From assembly GCA_964187785.1 (NCBI GenBank), contig OZ076409.1, positions 94,242,001 to 94,306,000 on the forward strand: a stretch of 64,000 nucleotides of DNA, written 5' to 3'. Below, one piece after another: positions 58,036 through 64,000 of the stretch. The notes below the pieces were generated by a model, which saw nothing but the letters and a program-made list of their open reading frames with translations, was not told where the DNA came from and searched no databases. The position numbers and the translations under genes were made by a program. Source of the stretch: Amphiscolops sp. MND2022 (taxonomy: Eukaryota). The stretch's first letter is position 1. Every line of letters starts with the position of its first letter.

Positions 58036-61000
58036 AAACGCCACGCCTTAGCAACAAAAACGCCGCAATAAAACCACAAGATGACTGGCAGCATCAAGTG
58101 GAAACTATAAACATTCAACCCAAACGACTAACTACTGAACTTGACTCTACTCCTCCAATCCCTGAACAATCTGAAACTCCGAACACCTCTCCAGATCAAT
58201 ACTATGAACTCTTGAGAGATGCACCAGACAACTACTTCGAACAACCCACACCACAAAACCAACCCCAAATCGACCTAATATCAGAAACCCAACATAAAAC
58301 CACCACGGTAGAATCACAACCATCAACTTCTTCTTGCAATGAACAAAAACGACCCCTTCTTGATGATGACCTCACCGAACATATACAGTTCGATAAGGAA
58401 CGAAACCTATCATACCTTCCAATATCAAGCACTCTTACACTAAAGCGTAAACGCCACATGTACTACATGCCTATGGACTTCAAAAAATTAACTCTCGACG
58501 GACTCATTGACACAGGAGCCCTAACGAGTACAATTTCCGAACAGGGTCTCAACAAAATCAAATTGTTAGCAAATGATGCAATCCGAGAAACTGGCCCACC
58601 GCCAAACTTTCAGATCATGGTGGCCAACGGACAATTAGAAGTCCCAATTGGCACTGTCTTACTCGAATTCGAAGTGGCTGACTTTATGCTAGGAGAAAAT
58701 TTCATCATCATGAAAAATTTACCGAACCCATTAATTGGCCTTTGTTTCCTACGTCGGAACAATGCCATCTTCGATGTCACCCAATGCATCCTGACATTTC
58801 CATACCTTTCAATGCAACTTAAACCTGATACCCAAATAACTATGCGACAAGCAACTCCACTGTTAGCAGAAAACACTTATACTCTACAACCTGGCGAAAC
58901 CCTTGCCATAGCCAGCAGAATGCCTCACCTCATGGACCATGATGCAACAGGAGTTGTAACCCCATCTCCACAATTTGAACAACACGATAGCATCTTCATT
59001 ACATTGTCACTCAGCACGGTTAACAACGATGCCATCGGGTACCAAATCATTATATTTTCTGAACTACCATACACAATTCCTCTCGACACTCACCTGGCGG
59101 ACTTCAAAATACTGACGCCAGAACAAATCAAATACATACAACCAGTGGACCCAACCTTACTATCGTTCATGATGCAACATGACGATACATCGGAAATCTA
59201 CTTACATGAACTGTCTCAGCACTTTCTAGTTTTATGAGAGAGTACTTGGATAAAGCAATCAAAGCGGACCAATGCGCTCAATACGTTGATGACATTGACA
59301 TTGCTGCAAACAATGCCCAGCAACTTTGCGCCAACATCAGAACAGTGTTTGAATGCATTCGAAATGCTGGCCTTAAACTTACGATGTCCAAATGCCACTT
59401 TGGCGTCAAACAAGTTGACTTCTTGGGACGCACAATTACACCTGAAGGAGCCGCCCCGCAAGCAGAAAAAGTCAAAAATTTCCTGTCTAAACTCAGATTT
59501 CCTAAATCCAAAAAAGTCCTCCAGCGATATATAGGTTTCCTAAACTACTATGGCAACTACATTCCACGACTCTCAGAACGGCTATCACCGTTCTTCAAGC
59601 TCCTCAAAGAAACATCTAAATTCTATGTGCCAACAAACTTAGTAGGCGATTTCACCAACCTCAATAAACTCCTCGAAAACTCATGTCAATTGGCATTGAA
59701 GCAACCCCTCAAAGATAAACAACTCATAATCATGTCTGATGCCAGCTTAACCGCTGCGGGATATGCCATTATGATAGAAGACGACCCGAACTAAAAATTG
59801 CAATCCAAACGCAAAACATACGCTCCCATAGCATTTGGTTCCAAAACTTTCAACCCGACACAAACAAAAATGTCAATATATGCCAAGGAATTCTTTTCCA
59901 TATATTTTGCTTTTGTTGAATTTGGACACCTCATGTGGGGTAGCACATTCCCTGTAATCGTGTTCACCGATAATAGATCAGTAACCCGATTTTTTCATGC
60001 AAAACTTATCCCACCAGCACTTTGGAATGCATGCGATTATGTTTTACAAAATAATTTTGTAATCGCCCACGTTGCTGGATCAATGAACACTGCAGCTGAC
60101 TTCCTCTCAAGCACTGAAGTCAATCCGGTTGAAAAACTTGAACTGACCATCCAAAATGATATACACACCGAAGCAATTGAAGTCAACATACAATCATCAG
60201 GGATCGTAGAAGAAGAGCAGATTTACATCCTCCCCGATGATGAACTAGATGAAAACCAATTATGGCAAGAGAAGCAGAACATCCGAGACCAAGCTCAAAA
60301 CGAGACACACAATGAACCAGAAAATAACAAAACCGAACTCCAACAAATCCATAAACCTACTTCTAGTTTAAACACTTGTTCGGAAGGTCACTTCCGAGAC
60401 AATGCGAAAATTCGTCTTGCGATAGACGTTTTTTCAAGGGATTTGTTTGCATATCCAGTAACACGCATCACAGCTTCTGCTGTAGCCCGAGTAATAATGG
60501 ATATCCTCTGCAAACACACATGTCTACCAACTACAATAATTACGGATTTGGGCACACAATTTAATGCCCAAGTGACACATGAAGTAGCTGCAGTTCTAGG
60601 AATTGATCTCAAACATGCAACAATGAAACACGCTCAAACCATTGGAATCCTAGAGAGAACTCATGCATCTTAAAGCTGCCACCGGGGAGTTCCGAAACAA
60701 TTGGCACAGGTTTCTCCCGCTAGCAGTTTTAAACCACAACACTACTTACCATGTAACACTGGGTTGTGAGCCCTCACAAGTCTTTCATGGGCGAATACCC
60801 CATAACATACTCGATTACAAGCTTGGATACAACCCTAACCCAAAATACTTACCACATACAGATGTAGCAGAGGAAGTACAAAGAAGAATGAAAATACTCC
60901 CCGACCAAACAAAAAAGAACATAATGCAATCCTATCTCAAATACAAAGCATATTATGATAGGAAAGCAAAAGCATCACCACTTGAAACAACGGATTATTG

Positions 61001-61677
61001 TTACGTCTTAAACCCGAAGGCGGATACCCAGGCAACAAAGATACCTTTTCAAGAATTTAGATGACAAGGTCCATATATAGTTGAAAAAGTCCTTCCTAAC
61101 AATAACTACATAGTTAGACGATTAGGAACTAACAAGTCGCAACTTCTGCATCGAATTCGTTTGAGGAAATTTACCCCGAAGCTTCCCTTGCAGACATTTT
61201 CGTACGAGAAACTGATTGGCAGAAAGATGACCAACTGCCGATAACGCAAGACGATCTATATGCTGAATCCTGGAATACAAATTTCGGCCCTAATCCGTTT
61301 GAGGACAACCCCCCAGAGTACTCACAAAATACCGAAGATATTGAATACCTACCAATTACATCACCCGAAAATAACCACCCTCCCTCCCGCGAAATTTCAA
61401 AAAATAGTGGGGGAGCCCAGTGGAACAGACCACTGAACAAGATCAAAACCACGAAAATCATGCTGACGAAACTCCACAACAATTAAATGAAGAAATTGAT
61501 AATAATACCCAAAAAACCCAGAAAGATACAAATACTTCAACAGATAGTGATATTCAGAAAACCCCAGAAAGTTTCCAAAATACCCCATTGCAAGAAGAAC
61601 CCATAAATACCCGTGGTGAAAAATACAACTTACGACCTAATCCCAACCCAAACTACTCAGACTCATACAGATACTAA
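58026..61677 (+). pseudogene. pol: pol (protease, partly deleted RT, RNase H, partly deleted integrase)
   Basis: LIDTGA, QYVDD, SDAS..AAGY, FTDN, AIDVFSR, ITDLGTQF, LERTH and C-terminal YNLRPNP. Deletions at about 59213 and 60418. Confidence 0.88.
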
Positions 61678-61849
61678 GAAGATAGTTGCAGAAAAATTTC
61701 CCTTTCTATCTTCTAAATGCACTCCAGTGCACTGTTGTTTTTCTCTTTTTTATCTAGAAAGCCATCAGAATAAATACAAAAGACGACTTGACACAATCTA
61801 AGATAACAAACAAAGAAACAAAATGACAGACAACTGTCAAGTTTCATAA

Positions 61850-62719
61850 TCAGTTCTTCTTGCCTTTAGCATGTTTCTCACTAGTCTTCTTAGGACTGCT
61901 ACCAGTTTTCGATCCAGAACAACGATCAAGAGTAACACTGATTCTACCTAGACTAGGGTCAGGGGACGGGGAACTGTTGCCACTATTTGTTCGACTGATA
62001 CTTGGAGTCGTAGTAGTAGACGAGATAATGGGTCTATCAAATCGCAAAACTGACTTTCGGTACCCCGTTTCCAGTTTGCCCAGTAAAGATGTCTTCCTCG
62101 CAACATTTCCTTTTGAAAAATTCCAAATTGAGAACTTCTTGTCTGACAAGAGGTCTGATCCTCTTCCCAATAAACGAAAGGCCCGGTTGACAGTCTTGGC
62201 ATTCCTATATAAACTAGATACGTGGGGCACAGTACTGTAAGATAATTGAAGGCTCCTCACGCAGGATTGGAAAGTTTCACTGTCGGATTCTAACCCCGGC
62301 ACAGGGACGTTAAACTCCAAAGGCATATCCGTTTGAGGGGATAAACACAGGCACGCAAACTTGTATGCTTGAAGCAATTCGGGGCGACACTGGAGCTCGT
62401 AATGTGCGGATATAAACTGAATCCAACAATCGTACTCTGGAGCAGGTTCAGATCGCAGTTTGGTGACAAATGAACGGTATTGACTAATGATCTTTACTTT
62501 ATCACCAGAAGTAATTAGCCCAAAAGACACAAAATGGCTAGACAGCTTCTCAATTGCAACCACATAATTGGCTTCAGGTCCATCAAAGATGACCGCAGAG
62601 TCGAAAGCCGATAATCCTCTAACAAGCTTGGACTTTACGTTTTCATGCTCTAATAACTGCTTACACAGAGTCTTGTTGAAACAGATCGACTGATCCACAA
62701 ACTTGCAAGGGCGAGACAA
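61850..62719 (-). CDS. Antisense extra ORF downstream of pol (unknown function; hAT C-terminus-like)
   Basis: 289-codon open frame convergent with pol. It continues with stops to about 63050 and has a Ser-rich, basic tail. Confidence 0.55.
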   Translation of the reverse strand: MSRPCKFVDQSICFNKTLCKQLLEHENVKSKLVRGLSAFDSAVIFDGPEANYVVAIEKLSSHFVSFGLITSGDKVKIISQYRSFVTKLRSEPAPEYDCWIQFISAHYELQCRPELLQAYKFACLCLSPQTDMPLEFNVPVPGLESDSETFQSCVRSLQLSYSTVPHVSSLYRNAKTVNRAFRLLGRGSDLLSDKKFSIWNFSKGNVARKTSLLGKLETGYRKSVLRFDRPIISSTTTTPSISRTNSGNSSPSPDPSLGRISVTLDRCSGSKTGSSPKKTSEKHAKGKKN

Positions 62720-64000
62720 TTTGCTTGCTGAAACCGACTTGTAAAAATCTTCATTGAGGACATATTCATCTGTATTTTTGAAAGGTTAATCGCTCCGGCT
62801 CAAATTTAGCTGCAAGAAGTTATCCCAGTCCGAGATGTTCCCAATAGCTTCGTCTGGTAAAATAGCCTGCAGTTGGCTATAAGTGAAGACAGCAAACTGA
62901 CTGAATGCCCGGAATCCTCCCTCGACAGCCTTTTGAATCTCAGAAAAGGCGGAGTTGTCTGAAATATCACGAACCGACTAAAATGATGACATAGTTACGA
63001 AAGAGTGATTCACCATCAAGAAAAGATTGCTCAAAGTCGCTTCATCGTTAAAACCACACGTGCAAAAACATTTAACTAAAAGAATAGTGCATGGAAAGAA
63101 TTTATTACAAAATATACTGAGTGATTGTTAACAAAAGAGATTGTCTATGCGGCATTGCACGCTTCGAGTAGTGGTGTCTATACGTTACTATGCAGTTCGA
63201 CGAGTGTCGACTATACGTCACTATGCGGAAACCGTGTTGTGGAGTATACGGCACTATGCTGACCAAGGCATGGAGATTATGCGGTACCATGCGGAACCAG
63301 CAGTGTTGTTTTGTCAGGGCTAGTTGAAGTTTGTATGACAAGGTACACGTTGTCATGCAGGCCGGGTAGTTACGTGTATACGTTTACATGGGGGAATGGG
63401 AGGTATAAAGAGTTGAACGAAAGGAACTATTCAATAATGATCTGATCAATAAAATACCAGACTAACGCCGAAAATAATTAAAGAAGGACAACTAACAGTG
63501 GTCTAGTACACATCCGATGACAAAGAGGCGAGCAAGATAGGCGCTGTCAAGACGAAAACACTCATCTAGTGTACTTGGCTATAACGAAAACATTGGATTG
63601 GAAGTTGGCGCGTCAAAGAGTGAAACAATAATTGAAACGGCAATTCATATAGAATACTTACTTCACGCATGTGAAAGTGATAGGCCGGTAGTCTCGCAAC
63701 TTGGTTAAGGTGTTCTTGCACATTGTCCCAGTTATTGGAGAGGCTCTCTATGATTGAAGATGCATCGTGTAGGGAGTATTCTAATCGGACCACTCCCTAG
63801 AGAAAATAAGAAAAGATTGTGAAACGAGGTTTGAGTATTTCTTTTTGCAACTCGGGCGAAAATGCAAGTAACCTTATGCAGTAGGAGCAGTTTCTTCAAC
63901 CAGTCTTTGTCTAAAGCTGTTCTTAGCTTCATGAGCAAGAAATCTAGAATGGTTCGATACTCGTGCCGTTCTATAATCTGTGACGTCGGCAATCCCAAAC

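Larger units (their letters stand above)
56091..64000 (+). mobile_element. Degraded Gypsy/Ty3 LTR retrotransposon (no 3' LTR seen; may extend past the window)
   Basis: LTR-PBS-gag-pol in PR-RT-RH-IN order, followed by antisense ORFs; stops, frameshifts and deletions throughout. Confidence 0.85.

Overview
AT-rich, transposon-dense animal (probably invertebrate) genomic DNA; the species cannot be identified from the sequence alone. Four spliced genes can be rebuilt, all on the + strand. They are RFC5 (4831-13384, with exon 3 duplicated inside a 3.3-kb tandem repeat), a NOL8-like protein with three RRM-like repeats (14065-21603), SCP2/SCPx thiolase with two SCP2 domains and a PTS1 (22722-36956), and TBC1D19 (38860-50577). 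The SCPx model needs one GC-AG intron and apparently one GG-AG intron. There is also an orphan exon pair ending in a GPI-type signal (54367-54965). The rest is nested mobile DNA: a LINE inside a LINE, about 15 copies of a Helentron/DINE-1-type family, a second Helentron-type family carrying a tRNA-like Pol III module, piggyBac, hAT, hAT5 and MULE derivatives, and MITEs. The window ends in a degraded Gypsy element whose Gag frame starts inside the LTR, with a T-TTA-AAC -1 frameshift site and an antisense ORF resembling a hAT transposase C-terminus. All family and orthologue calls rest on motif recognition; no searches were run.
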